A DNA stretch of 64,000 nucleotides from Mycobacteriales bacterium. Its GTDB lineage: Bacteria; Actinomycetota; Actinomycetes; JAFAQI01. Below, in pieces: positions 19,480 to 27,950 of the stretch. The notes under the pieces were generated by a model. It worked only from the letters and a program-made list of their open reading frames with translations. It did not search any database and was not told where the DNA came from. Positions within the stretch are counted from its first letter, which is position 1; each line of letters opens with the position of its first letter. The translations under genes were made by a program, and so were the position numbers. The stretch covers positions 7,461 to 71,460 of the forward strand of contig DATJSI010000112.1 of the NCBI GenBank assembly GCA_035504215.1, written 5' to 3'.

Positions 19480-22305
19480 TTAGAGGCCGAACAGCCCGAT
19501 CTTCTTCTTCTGCTTCTTCTCGGGTGCAGGCGCCGGGCGTGGCTTGTGCGCCGGCGCCGTTGCCGCCGGAACCGGCGCGGGACCGTCATCGAGGCCGAGC
19601 GAGGACAGCTCACGCAGCAACGCCGCGGTGTCGGCCTGCGCTGCTTCGTTCCACTCCTCGACGTCGTCGTCGGTGTCGTCCTCGCCCGGTGCGGGCTCAT
19701 CCTCCGCAGTGGCAGCGGCACTGTCCGTGTCGGTCTCGGGGTCGGCGTCAGCCGGTTCCTCTACTGCCTCGGGCTCAGCCTCTGCGTCGGGGGTCAGCGC
19801 AGAGGACAGCTCGACCAGCAGCGCGGTCGCCGCCGCAGCCTCGTCCGCTTGGCGCGCGGCTTCTTCGGCGGCCTGCTTCTCGGCCTTGCGGCGCGCGTTG
19901 CGCTCGGCGCGCGTCTCCGATGCCGGCGCCTCCGGCTCGGCGTCTTCGCTCGATTCGAGGTCCTCGCCGCTCGCGGCAGCAAGCTCGGCGAGGTGTTCGG
20001 CCGTGAGCTCTTCGGCGGCTTCGGCTTCGCTGCGCACGGCCTCTGCCTGCTCGGCGGCGAGCCGATCGGCTTCGGCCCGAGCCGCAGCCTCCTCGAATGC
20101 CACGCGCTCGGCGCGTACCTGCTCGGACAGCCGCTCGGCCTCGGCCTCCGCCTCCGCCAGCCGCTCGGCTTCCTCGGCGGCGAGCCGGGCCGCTTCGGCG
20201 GCCTCGGCCGCCTCCTGGGCGATCCGCTCGGCCTCGGCCAGCTCGGCGGCCAGCCGGTCAGCTTCGGCCTGCTCGGCGGCGAGCCGGGCGGCTTCCTCGC
20301 GTTCCCAGTATTCGGCCCAGGCCAGTTCTTCGAGGGCGGCGCGTTCGGCGAGTTCGGCGGCGACCCGCTCGGCTTCGGCCTGTTCGGCGGCGAGCCGGGC
20401 GGCTTCCTCGCGTTCCCAGTATTCGGCCCAGGCTTGCTCTTCGAGCGCAGCGCGCTCGGCGAGCTCGGCGGCGACCCGCTCGGCCTCGGCTTGCTCGGCG
20501 GCGAGGCGGGCGGCTTCCTCGCGCTCCCAGTATTCGGCCCAGGCTTGCTCTTCGAGGGCGGCGCGTTCGGCGAGTTCGGCGGCGATCCGCTCGGCCTCGG
20601 CTTGTTCGGCCGCGAGTCGCTCGGCCTCGGCTTGTTCGGCCGCGATCCGCTCGGCCTCAGCGGCTTCCTCGGCGGCGATCCGCTCGGCTTCGGCTTGTTC
20701 GGCCGCGATCCGCTCGGCTTCGGCTTGTTCGGCCGCGATCCGCTCGGCTTCGGCTTGTTCGGCGGCGAGTCGCTCGGCTTCGGCTTGTTCGGCGGCGAGT
20801 CGCTCGGCTTCGGCGGCTTCCTCGGCGGCGAGCCGCTCGGCTTCGGCTTGTTCGGCGGCGAGCCGCTCGGCTTCGGCCGCTTCCTCGGCGGCGATCCGCT
20901 CGGCTTCCGCCTGCTCGGCGGCCTGGCGCTCGATCTCTGCCGCCTCGTCGGCGGCCGCCTGGGCTGCCTCGGCTTCGGCCTGGTCGGCAGCGAAGTGCTC
21001 GGCGATCAACTCGGCCGGCGGCAGCCCGTCCGCCACCCGGTCGTCGACGTCCAGGTCCGCGTCGGACTCGATGACCTCGGCCGCGGCGGCCTGCTCGGCA
21101 CGCAGGGTCTCCACCATTGCCTGCGCACTGGCGAGCTCTGCGGCGGCCGCCGAACGCAGCCGCTTGCGACGCTGCCACTCGGGGTCGCTGGTCGAGCTCT
21201 TGGAGCGCTTCAGCGCAACCGCACGGTTGGCGGCGCTGTCGAGCTCCGAGGCGTCGGGGGTCTCGCCGAGAACGTCGGAAAGCGCATTCGACACCCGCGC
21301 GATCGACGCCGCGAACGACTCGCTCGTGCTGCGGTGCAGCGGCACGATCATCGGGTTGTCGAACGTCGAGGGTCCCGCGGTCTCCGGCGGCGCCAGCCCG
21401 ATCCTGGGCAGGTCGCCGTTCCCGTCGCCATTGCCGCTGTGGTCGCCGGCGACTTCGTTCACCAGCCGCGCCAGCCGGCTGAGCACGTCTTCATCCGACC
21501 CGCCGGACGCGTCGTTGTCGGACTCCTCGTCGAGCTCGCCGGACAGGGCCGAGCTCAGCGTGGTTGCGCCGTACAACGCGTCGCCGGACAGGTCCAGGTC
21601 CTCGTCGATGTCGACCAGGCCGGCCTGCACGAGCTGGACGATGACCAGACCGGCTTCGAACAGCGTGTAGCCGCAGTCGCGGGCGAGATCGGCCACCGAC
21701 CGCTCACCGTCGATCTTGCACAGCATCGACCACGCGTCGTTGTCCAGTGTCGTCTCGGAGCTGCCGGCGCCCCGGGTCGACAGCTTCGGGACCGCTGCCG
21801 GCCCGTGGACGACGGCGGAGATGTTCTCCCACTCGTAGCCACGGTTCCGCAGCGTCTCGAGCAGCTCGACCACGACCATCGGCGGGCCGACGTCTTCGCG
21901 GGCACGGATGTTCTTGCGGAACTTCCAGGTTCCTTCGGTCCAGCGCAGGAGGTCCCAGAGCGCCTCGGTGACCTGCTCGGCGACGAAAGCCTCGACCACC
22001 GGCTGGTCGACGTACCCGAGGTGGACCAGCAGCTCGCCGAGCCGCCAGCCCTGCAGCTCGCTGCGCTGGGCCTCCAGTGCCTCGGCCAGCGCCTCGGGCG
22101 CGAGCGCGCCGGAGGAGACCAGCTTGGCGCCGAGCTGCGGCCGGGTGCCCGGGACGAAGACGGAGTAGATCAGCCCGCTCTTGAAGTAGATCTGCGCTTC
22201 ATCGTTGTCCGGATTCGTCACGTGCAGGCAACCGGTGACCGAGTCGGCGGCCAGATCGCGCAGCAGGGGGGCCAGCGGCGTAGACGTCAGGTCGCCTTTG
22301 AGCAT
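19480..22305 (-). CDS. DUF4388-domain protein with a long Ala/Glu-rich tandem-repeat (coiled-coil) region and a Pro-rich, Lys-tailed C-terminus
   Basis: N-terminal 'GDLTSTPLAPLLRDLAADSVTGCLHV' matches the DUF4388 pattern. About 315 aa consist of 10-aa 'AEQAEAERIA' and ~35-aa 'ELAERAALEEQAWAEYWEREEAARLAAEQAEAERVA' tandem repeats. The protein ends '…KKQKKKIGLFGL'. Confidence 0.75.
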   Translation of the reverse strand: MLKGDLTSTPLAPLLRDLAADSVTGCLHVTNPDNDEAQIYFKSGLIYSVFVPGTRPQLGAKLVSSGALAPEALAEALEAQRSELQGWRLGELLVHLGYVDQPVVEAFVAEQVTEALWDLLRWTEGTWKFRKNIRAREDVGPPMVVVELLETLRNRGYEWENISAVVHGPAAVPKLSTRGAGSSETTLDNDAWSMLCKIDGERSVADLARDCGYTLFEAGLVIVQLVQAGLVDIDEDLDLSGDALYGATTLSSALSGELDEESDNDASGGSDEDVLSRLARLVNEVAGDHSGNGDGNGDLPRIGLAPPETAGPSTFDNPMIVPLHRSTSESFAASIARVSNALSDVLGETPDASELDSAANRAVALKRSKSSTSDPEWQRRKRLRSAAAAELASAQAMVETLRAEQAAAAEVIESDADLDVDDRVADGLPPAELIAEHFAADQAEAEAAQAAADEAAEIERQAAEQAEAERIAAEEAAEAERLAAEQAEAERLAAEEAAEAERLAAEQAEAERLAAEQAEAERIAAEQAEAERIAAEQAEAERIAAEEAAEAERIAAEQAEAERLAAEQAEAERIAAELAERAALEEQAWAEYWEREEAARLAAEQAEAERVAAELAERAALEEQAWAEYWEREEAARLAAEQAEAERVAAELAERAALEELAWAEYWEREEAARLAAEQAEADRLAAELAEAERIAQEAAEAAEAARLAAEEAERLAEAEAEAERLSEQVRAERVAFEEAAARAEADRLAAEQAEAVRSEAEAAEELTAEHLAELAAASGEDLESSEDAEPEAPASETRAERNARRKAEKQAAEEAARQADEAAAATALLVELSSALTPDAEAEPEAVEEPADADPETDTDSAAATAEDEPAPGEDDTDDDVEEWNEAAQADTAALLRELSSLGLDDGPAPVPAATAPAHKPRPAPAPEKKQKKKIGLFGL
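20090..20960. repeat. Near-perfect tandem DNA repeats (30-bp units and ~105-bp units) inside the DUF4388 gene
   Basis: Example: 'gatccgctcggcttcggcttgttcggccgc' is iterated many times between 20640 and 20900. Three ~105-bp units lie between 20280 and 20600. Confidence 0.9.
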
Positions 22306-22430
22306 GGACGACCTCCTCTACGGCCGGGCAGTGACGCTTCGGGCTACCTTCACTCCTTCGGCAGTTCAGGCGGGTGTGTTGAGCCAATTGGCGCAATCGA
22401 CCCCGCACGACTGCGCTCGGTCGTGGCACC

Positions 22431-23054
22431 ATGGCGCGGTGGCGACGCCACGGGCCAGAATTGGTGACTAAGGTCCCTCCACATTCAGACGAAGGCGCAG
22501 GCATGACACATCCGGGTGGAAACCGCCGCATCGACCGGCTCCTGGCCCCGGGATTTCTGGACGGGCTGTCCAGCGCCTCGCTCGAAGACCTGCGCACCAT
22601 GCGGGCGGACGCCGAGCAGGAGGAGACCGACCTGTCCTACCTGCGCCGGCTGCTGCAGGGCCGGCTCGACATCCTGCGGGCGGAGGCCGCGCGGCGCGCG
22701 GGCGGTGAGGAATCGGCGTCGTGGGTGGACCTGCTGCCGGGCATCCTCGCCGACGACGGGCCGCACGAGGCGCACGGCCTCGGGCACTACACCGCGGCCG
22801 AGCCCTCGCGTGCCGACCAGCACCGGCGCTACGTCGAGGCGCTCGCCGCCGACGTCTCGATGTCCGACCCCGGCGGGCTCACCGACGAGTCTCTGTCGCG
22901 CGCGATCGAGCTGTTCGAGCACGAGGAGGCCACGGTCTCGGCCAACCGCCGGGCCGTCCAGCACGTCATGGACCAGTGCACCGCGGAGATCGCTCGCCGC
23001 TACCGCGAAGGCGACGCCGATGTCGCGGACCTGCTGCCCAGCGAGTCGAGCTGA
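22431..23054 (+). CDS. rsiG: RsiG-like c-di-GMP-binding anti-sigma factor homolog (likely true start at the ATG at 22503)
   Basis: Two copies of the E(X)3S(X)2R(X)3Q(X)3D motif ('EETDLSYLRRLLQGRLD' and 'EATVSANRRAVQHVMD') in predicted helices. ~185 aa, consistent with the Streptomyces RsiG architecture. Confidence 0.65.
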   Translation: MARWRRHGPELVTKVPPHSDEGAGMTHPGGNRRIDRLLAPGFLDGLSSASLEDLRTMRADAEQEETDLSYLRRLLQGRLDILRAEAARRAGGEESASWVDLLPGILADDGPHEAHGLGHYTAAEPSRADQHRRYVEALAADVSMSDPGGLTDESLSRAIELFEHEEATVSANRRAVQHVMDQCTAEIARRYREGDADVADLLPSESS

Positions 23055-23198
23055 GCTGCGCTGAGCCACCCGACTGAGCTGCCGGTCGTCGCTGAGGTCG
23101 TCCGGGGTGGGTTCGCCGAGTCCAGGCACACCGGAAGCGTCGTTGCGCTCGCGGCGGACGGCACGGTTGCGGTCTCTCTCGGGCGGCCGGACGCCCCG

Positions 23199-24014
23199 AT
23201 GCTCCCGCGCAGCAGCCTCAAGCCGCTGCAGGCGGTCGGCATGCTTCGGGCCGGCCTCGTGGCCAGTGAGGAGCAGCTGGCGGTCGTGTGCGCCAGCCAC
23301 TCCGGCGAACCACGACACCTAGAGGTGGTTCGCGGCCTGCTCGCGTCGGTCGGGCTCGACGAGTCCGACCTGGACAACACTCCCGGCATGCCGCTCGACG
23401 CCTCGGCTCGCCGGGACCGGATCCGCGCGGGCGAAGGCCCGGCTCGGATCACCCAGAACTGCTCGGGCAAGCACGCAGGCATGCTGGCGACCTGCGTCGC
23501 CGCGGGCTGGCCGACGTCGGGTTACCGCGATCCCGACCATCCGTTGCAGATCGCGTTGCGGGCGGCGATCGAGGAGCTAGCCGGCGACGCGGTGACCGCG
23601 ACCGTCGTCGACGGTTGCGGTGCCGCGCTGTTCGCCATCACCCTGACCGGGCTCGCCCGTGCGTTCGCTCGGATCGCCACCGCCCCCGAGGCAACGCCGG
23701 AGCAGCGCTGCTTCGCGGCGATGCGTGCTCACCCGGAGTTGGTCGGTGGCACCGGACGCGACGTTTCGCGGCTGATTGCCGGCGTTCCCGGGCTGTTCGC
23801 CAAGGACGGCGCGGAGGCGGTCTACGCCGTAGGGCGCTCGGACGGCTGCGCGGTCGCGGTGAAGATCGATGACGGCGGCGAGCGCGCCCGGGTGCCGGTG
23901 CTCGTCGCCGCGCTCCGCCAGGTCGATGTCGACGCGCCCGTGCTCGCCGAGCTCGCGACCCATCCGGTTCTCGGTCACGGCCAACCGGTCGGCGAGGTGC
24001 GCGCGACCTTCTAG
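23199..24014 (+). CDS. Asparaginase_II-family (L-asparaginase II-like) protein. The annotated start is the first ATG, but the conserved N-terminus lies upstream (see findings)
   Basis: Family motifs 'RSSLKPLQA', 'CSGKHAGML' and 'DGCG'. The in-frame upstream translation 'VVAEVVRGGFAESRHTGSVVALAADG…' matches the family N-terminus. Confidence 0.75.
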   Translation: MLPRSSLKPLQAVGMLRAGLVASEEQLAVVCASHSGEPRHLEVVRGLLASVGLDESDLDNTPGMPLDASARRDRIRAGEGPARITQNCSGKHAGMLATCVAAGWPTSGYRDPDHPLQIALRAAIEELAGDAVTATVVDGCGAALFAITLTGLARAFARIATAPEATPEQRCFAAMRAHPELVGGTGRDVSRLIAGVPGLFAKDGAEAVYAVGRSDGCAVAVKIDDGGERARVPVLVAALRQVDVDAPVLAELATHPVLGHGQPVGEVRATF

Positions 24015-24079
24015 GTGGCGACGCGCGGGTGCTTGCTGGGTGCTTGCAATAGTTAGCGCAACCGCGTACGATCGGGTTC

Positions 24080-24598
24080 GTGGCAAGAATCGACGTCCGC
24101 AACCTGGGTGACTACATCCGGGAGCAGCGTTCGTCGGCGCAGATCTCGTTGCGCCAGCTGGCCACCCTCGCCGGTGTGTCGAACCCGTATCTCAGCCAGA
24201 TCGAGCGTGGCCTTCGCAAGCCGAGTGCCGAGATCCTCCAGCAGATCGCCAAGGCGCTGCGGATCTCCGCGGAAGCGCTGTACGTGCAGGCCGGGATTCT
24301 CGAGGAGCGGTACGACGACAGCGATGTACCGGCGGCGATCCTGTCCGACCGTCATCTCGCCGAGCGGCAGAAGCAGGTCCTGCTCGAGCTGTACGAGGCG
24401 TACCGCCGGGAAAGCGACGCAGCCAACACCCAGTCGGCCCGGACCCCGCCGCCTCGCGCCGGCGACGGCGAACTGCCGTCGTCCGGCGCCGGCACCCGGA
24501 CCCGGACTGCGCGGCGAGTCGGCCACTCAACCAAGACGTCGGATGCTGCGACGTCGACGAAGAAGGCGCGTACCCCAAAACCCGACGCCCGTCCCTAG
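24080..24598 (+). CDS. XRE-family HTH transcriptional regulator (Rv0474-like) with a basic, low-complexity C-terminal tail
   Basis: HTH_3 motif ('LRQLATLAGVSNPYLSQIERG'). Conserved position upstream of an hbhA-like gene. Confidence 0.8.
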   Translation: MARIDVRNLGDYIREQRSSAQISLRQLATLAGVSNPYLSQIERGLRKPSAEILQQIAKALRISAEALYVQAGILEERYDDSDVPAAILSDRHLAERQKQVLLELYEAYRRESDAANTQSARTPPPRAGDGELPSSGAGTRTRTARRVGHSTKTSDAATSTKKARTPKPDARP

Positions 24599-24697
24599 AG
24601 TCCCGACGCGTGCGGCCGCCGCTGCTCCCGCCCGCGTGACAACAACTTCATCCGCGACTGCGTGCCGACCGGCACGCTACCGATCCAGGAGGATCAG

Positions 24698-25600
24698 ATG
24701 CCTACCAAGACCACAGTCGATCCGAAGCCTCTCTACGCGATTGCCGGGGTCGGTGACCTCGCGGTCGAGCGGCTGCGCAGCCGACTCACGACGAACCCGC
24801 TGCAAATCAAGGACATCTCGGCACTCAGCACCGCCCGCCGGGCCGAGCTGCGCAAGCAGGCAAAGAGCCAGGCCGCGATGCTGCGCAAGCAGGCCGAGAC
24901 CCTTCCGGCCGACGTGCGCAAGCAGGCCGAGGAGCTGACCCACACCCTGCGCAAGCACGTCGCCACCCTGCCGGCCGACCTTCGCAAGCAGGCCGGCTCG
25001 CTGCCGACCGACTGGCGCAAGCAGCTCGACGAGCTGCCGACCGAGTGGCGCCGCCAGGTTGACGCCCTTCCGAGCGACCTGCGCAAGCAGGCCGAGGAGT
25101 TCGGCGCAGCGGTGCGCAAGCACACCGAAGACCTGACCGCCAAGGCGATCGCGGCGTACTCCGAGTTCGCCGCACGTGGCGAGAAGGTCGTCGCCGAGCT
25201 TCGTGGTGACGCTGCCGCCGCCGAGCCCGCGAGCAAGCACTCCGCGAAGTCCGCACCGAAGCCCGTGACCCGCAAGCCGGCCGAGAAGCGCGCCGCCGCG
25301 AAGAAGTCGACACCCAGCAAGACGACCGTGAAGAAGTCGACTGCGAAGAAGTCCGCCGCGAAGACCTCGTCCGCGAAGACCTCGTCCGCGAAGCACACGA
25401 CGAAGGCGAGTGCGGCGAAGGCGACAGCTACGGCGGCGGAGCACACCGGTCCGGTGCCGACGACCACCTCGGCCGTCACTCCTGAGCCTGCGACGCCGAC
25501 GGTCGTCGCCGACCTCCCGACCGTGACCGCGGCGGCGCCGGTGACCGAGCCGCACACCGCTCACCCCTCGAGCACGAACGGCCAGCACCCGACGAGCTGA
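24698..25600 (+). CDS. HbhA-like (heparin-binding hemagglutinin family) protein with a coiled-coil core and a Lys/Ala/Ser/Thr-rich C-terminal repeat tail
   Basis: N-terminal 'KPLYAIAGVGDLAVERLRSRL' resembles the HbhA N-terminus. There are 'LP.D.RKQA' heptad-like repeats and a KKS/AKKS-rich tail. A perfect AGGAGG sits 5 nt upstream of the ATG at 24698. Confidence 0.7.
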   Translation: MPTKTTVDPKPLYAIAGVGDLAVERLRSRLTTNPLQIKDISALSTARRAELRKQAKSQAAMLRKQAETLPADVRKQAEELTHTLRKHVATLPADLRKQAGSLPTDWRKQLDELPTEWRRQVDALPSDLRKQAEEFGAAVRKHTEDLTAKAIAAYSEFAARGEKVVAELRGDAAAAEPASKHSAKSAPKPVTRKPAEKRAAAKKSTPSKTTVKKSTAKKSAAKTSSAKTSSAKHTTKASAAKATATAAEHTGPVPTTTSAVTPEPATPTVVADLPTVTAAAPVTEPHTAHPSSTNGQHPTS

Positions 25601-25751
25601 CTCGTCCGGCCGACTGCCGACGACGCCTCGACCAGCCCCGCGCGGTCGGGGCGTCGTCTTGTCCGGCCCGTTATTTCAGCAATCCCGTGCACCATGGACG
25701 GGTGAGCACGTTCGGTGACAGCGCCGCGCGCGGCCCGGAAGCGGTACGCCG

Positions 25752-26627
25752 ATGAGTGACGAGCCGCTTCAGCCGCAGCCACCGATCGACCCGTGGACCG
25801 CACACTTCACGGAGCCGTCGGAGGCGTGGGCGGCGACCGCGCCGCCTCGACGCACCACACCGCCCGATCCGAACAGCTGGCGCGGCCGCGTCAAGCGCGC
25901 GCTCGCGCCCTTGGCGGCAGTGGGAGCGGCGCTGGCGAAGTTCGGCGCCGTGCTCATCAAGCTCAAGGTGCTGGTGGTCATCGGCTCGATGGCCGTGTCG
26001 ATCGCGGCGTACGCCTGGTTGTGGGGCTGGAAGTTCGCGGTCGGCTTCGTCGCACTGATCCTCGTGCACGAGCTCGGGCACATGGTGGTCCTGCGGGCTC
26101 GGGGGATCAGGTCCGGGTGGCCGGTCTTCCTGCCGTTCCTCGGTGCCTTTGTCTCGATGCAGTCGGCGCCACAGTCGGTCTACCAGGAGGCGGAGTCGGC
26201 GCTTGCCGGCCCGCTCGCCGGCACCGCGGCCTCACTCGCGGTCGGATACCTGGCGCACGTCGACGGCTCGAGCCTGTTGCGCAGCCTGGCCTTCGTGGGG
26301 CTGTTCCTGAACCTGTTCAACCTGCTTCCCGCGCTGCCGCTCGACGGTGGCCGGGTGGCGGGCGCGCTGCACCCCGCGATCTGGCTGGTCGGCCTGCTCG
26401 GGCTGCTCGGAGTGGAGATCTACCGGCCCAGCCCGGTGATCCCCATCCTGCTCGTCCTCGGTGGCTTCGAGCTCTACAACCGCTGGCGCGGCCGAGGATC
26501 GATGGCGTCGAAGGACTACCTGTCGCTCCGACCCGGTCAGCGCGCAAAGATCGGTACGGCGTACCTATCGCTGGTCGTGGTGATCCTGATCGGCATGCAC
26601 CTGACCTACTCGGCGCGGCACTTCTAG
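25752..26627 (+). CDS. M50-family (site-2 protease-like) membrane zinc metalloprotease
   Basis: 'HELGH' zinc motif within a TM helix and a downstream 'LDGG' motif. Multiple TM segments. Confidence 0.8.
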   Translation: MSDEPLQPQPPIDPWTAHFTEPSEAWAATAPPRRTTPPDPNSWRGRVKRALAPLAAVGAALAKFGAVLIKLKVLVVIGSMAVSIAAYAWLWGWKFAVGFVALILVHELGHMVVLRARGIRSGWPVFLPFLGAFVSMQSAPQSVYQEAESALAGPLAGTAASLAVGYLAHVDGSSLLRSLAFVGLFLNLFNLLPALPLDGGRVAGALHPAIWLVGLLGLLGVEIYRPSPVIPILLVLGGFELYNRWRGRGSMASKDYLSLRPGQRAKIGTAYLSLVVVILIGMHLTYSARHF

Positions 26628-26637
26628 CTCGCCCGCG

Positions 26638-27159
26638 TCACTCCCTGCCGTCGAGCCACTGGCCGCCGAACCACATCAGCTCGTCGGAGAGCAGCTCGAT
26701 CCCGATCCCGTCCGGGTCACGCAGGTAGAGCGACTCCGGGATGCCGCGCTGCGGCCCGTCGTACGGGATGCCCTGCTCATCGAGCTTCGCCCGCAGCTTC
26801 GCGTGCGCGTCGGGTGGGACGGAGATCGCGATGTGCTGCACTCCGCCGAAGCCTTCCGGCGACGGTTCGAGCCCGAGACCGGGGAAGTCGAAGAAGCCGA
26901 GCAGCGTGTCGTTTCCGAGATCGAAGAAGAAATGGGTCGAGCCCGGATAGTCACGGTTCTCGACCAGCTCGACAAGCGGGAACCCGAGCAGCCCTTGGTA
27001 GAACTCGATGGTCTGCTCGACGTCGCTGCAGATCAGGGCGGCGTGGTGGATGCCGCGCCCGTTGGTCTGCCGATCGGCCGGTGGTCGCACGTGGGCGGCT
27101 CGCAGGTCTGCCCGCTTCTGCTCCAGCCGGGCCAGCTCTTCCGCATCGGGAGGGGTCAT
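26638..27159 (-). CDS. VOC-family (glyoxalase/bleomycin-resistance/dioxygenase) protein
   Basis: Glyoxalase-fold motifs ('IHHAALICSDVEQTIEFYQGLLGF', 'HIAISV…'). Start set at the ATG at 27159, preceded by AGGGAAA. Confidence 0.8.
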   Translation of the reverse strand: MTPPDAEELARLEQKRADLRAAHVRPPADRQTNGRGIHHAALICSDVEQTIEFYQGLLGFPLVELVENRDYPGSTHFFFDLGNDTLLGFFDFPGLGLEPSPEGFGGVQHIAISVPPDAHAKLRAKLDEQGIPYDGPQRGIPESLYLRDPDGIGIELLSDELMWFGGQWLDGRE

Positions 27160-27178
27160 GCCGCTAGTTTCCCTCAGC

Positions 27179-27949
27179 ATGTGCGTCGTCGATCTGCGCG
27201 GTGTCGATCTGTGGTTCGCGAACGGTCCGCAGGTGCTCCATGACGTCTCCCTGCGGGTCGGCGCCGGCGAGCACTGGGCGCTGTTGGGCCCGAACGGCGC
27301 CGGCAAGTCCAGCCTGTTGTCGGTTGCGGGAGCTCAGCGGTTCCCCTCGCGCGGAACCGTGGATCTGCTCGGCCGGAGGCTCGGGTCGGTTGACGTCCGC
27401 GAGCTTCGGGCGCAGCTGGGCGTCGTCGACCAGCGGCTGCGGCTGCCACGCGAGCTGTCGGTCGCCGACTACGTCGCGACCGGCTTCACGCAGACAGTGC
27501 AGTCGATACGGACGGCGACTCCTGATCAGGAGGCTCGGGTCGGGGAGCTGGTCGACCAGATGGACCTGGGTGGGGTTGCTCGGCGTTCGATCGCGCTGTG
27601 CTCACAGGGTGAGCAGGCCCGTGCGCGACTCGCTCGGGCACTTGTCGCCGAGCCGCGACTGCTGCTGCTGGACGAGCCGGCCGCCGGGCTCGATCTCCCG
27701 GGCCGGGCGGATCTGCTCGACGCGATGGCGCGCGCGACGGTCCGCAACGACCACGCGTCGATCACCGTCGCGCATCACCTCGAGGAGCTACCGAGCACCA
27801 CGACACACGTCGCCTTGCTGCGCGGGGGACGGCTGGTGGCGGTCGGCGACACCGGACTGCTGGGTGACGAAGAAGCGCTCAGCCGGTGCTTCGGCCGGCG
27901 GGTGCGCACGGTGGCGATCGACGGACGGTGGTTCGCCGTCGCCGGCTGA
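27179..27949 (+). CDS. ABC transporter ATP-binding protein (orphan, no adjacent permease). Alternative start at 27158
   Basis: Walker A 'GPNGAGKSS', ABC signature 'CSQGEQAR', Walker B 'LLLLDEP' and an H-loop. Confidence 0.85.
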   Translation: MCVVDLRGVDLWFANGPQVLHDVSLRVGAGEHWALLGPNGAGKSSLLSVAGAQRFPSRGTVDLLGRRLGSVDVRELRAQLGVVDQRLRLPRELSVADYVATGFTQTVQSIRTATPDQEARVGELVDQMDLGGVARRSIALCSQGEQARARLARALVAEPRLLLLDEPAAGLDLPGRADLLDAMARATVRNDHASITVAHHLEELPSTTTHVALLRGGRLVAVGDTGLLGDEEALSRCFGRRVRTVAIDGRWFAVAG

Positions 27950-27950
27950 G

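Noticed and set aside
20090-20960. Possible CRISPR array suggested by regular 30-bp repeats
   Set aside because: The repeats are contiguous with no spacers, are in-frame coding repeats (10-aa units) and are GC-rich with no palindromic repeat structure. They are not CRISPR.
19544-22467. Long plus-strand ORFs (708 aa and 973 aa) antisense to the DUF4388 repeat gene, plus several Arg-rich ORFs in 20,000–21,200
   Set aside because: Repeat DNA stays open in multiple frames. The plus-strand translations are Ser/Ala/Arg homopolymer-like, and the minus-strand frame carries a recognisable DUF4388 domain.
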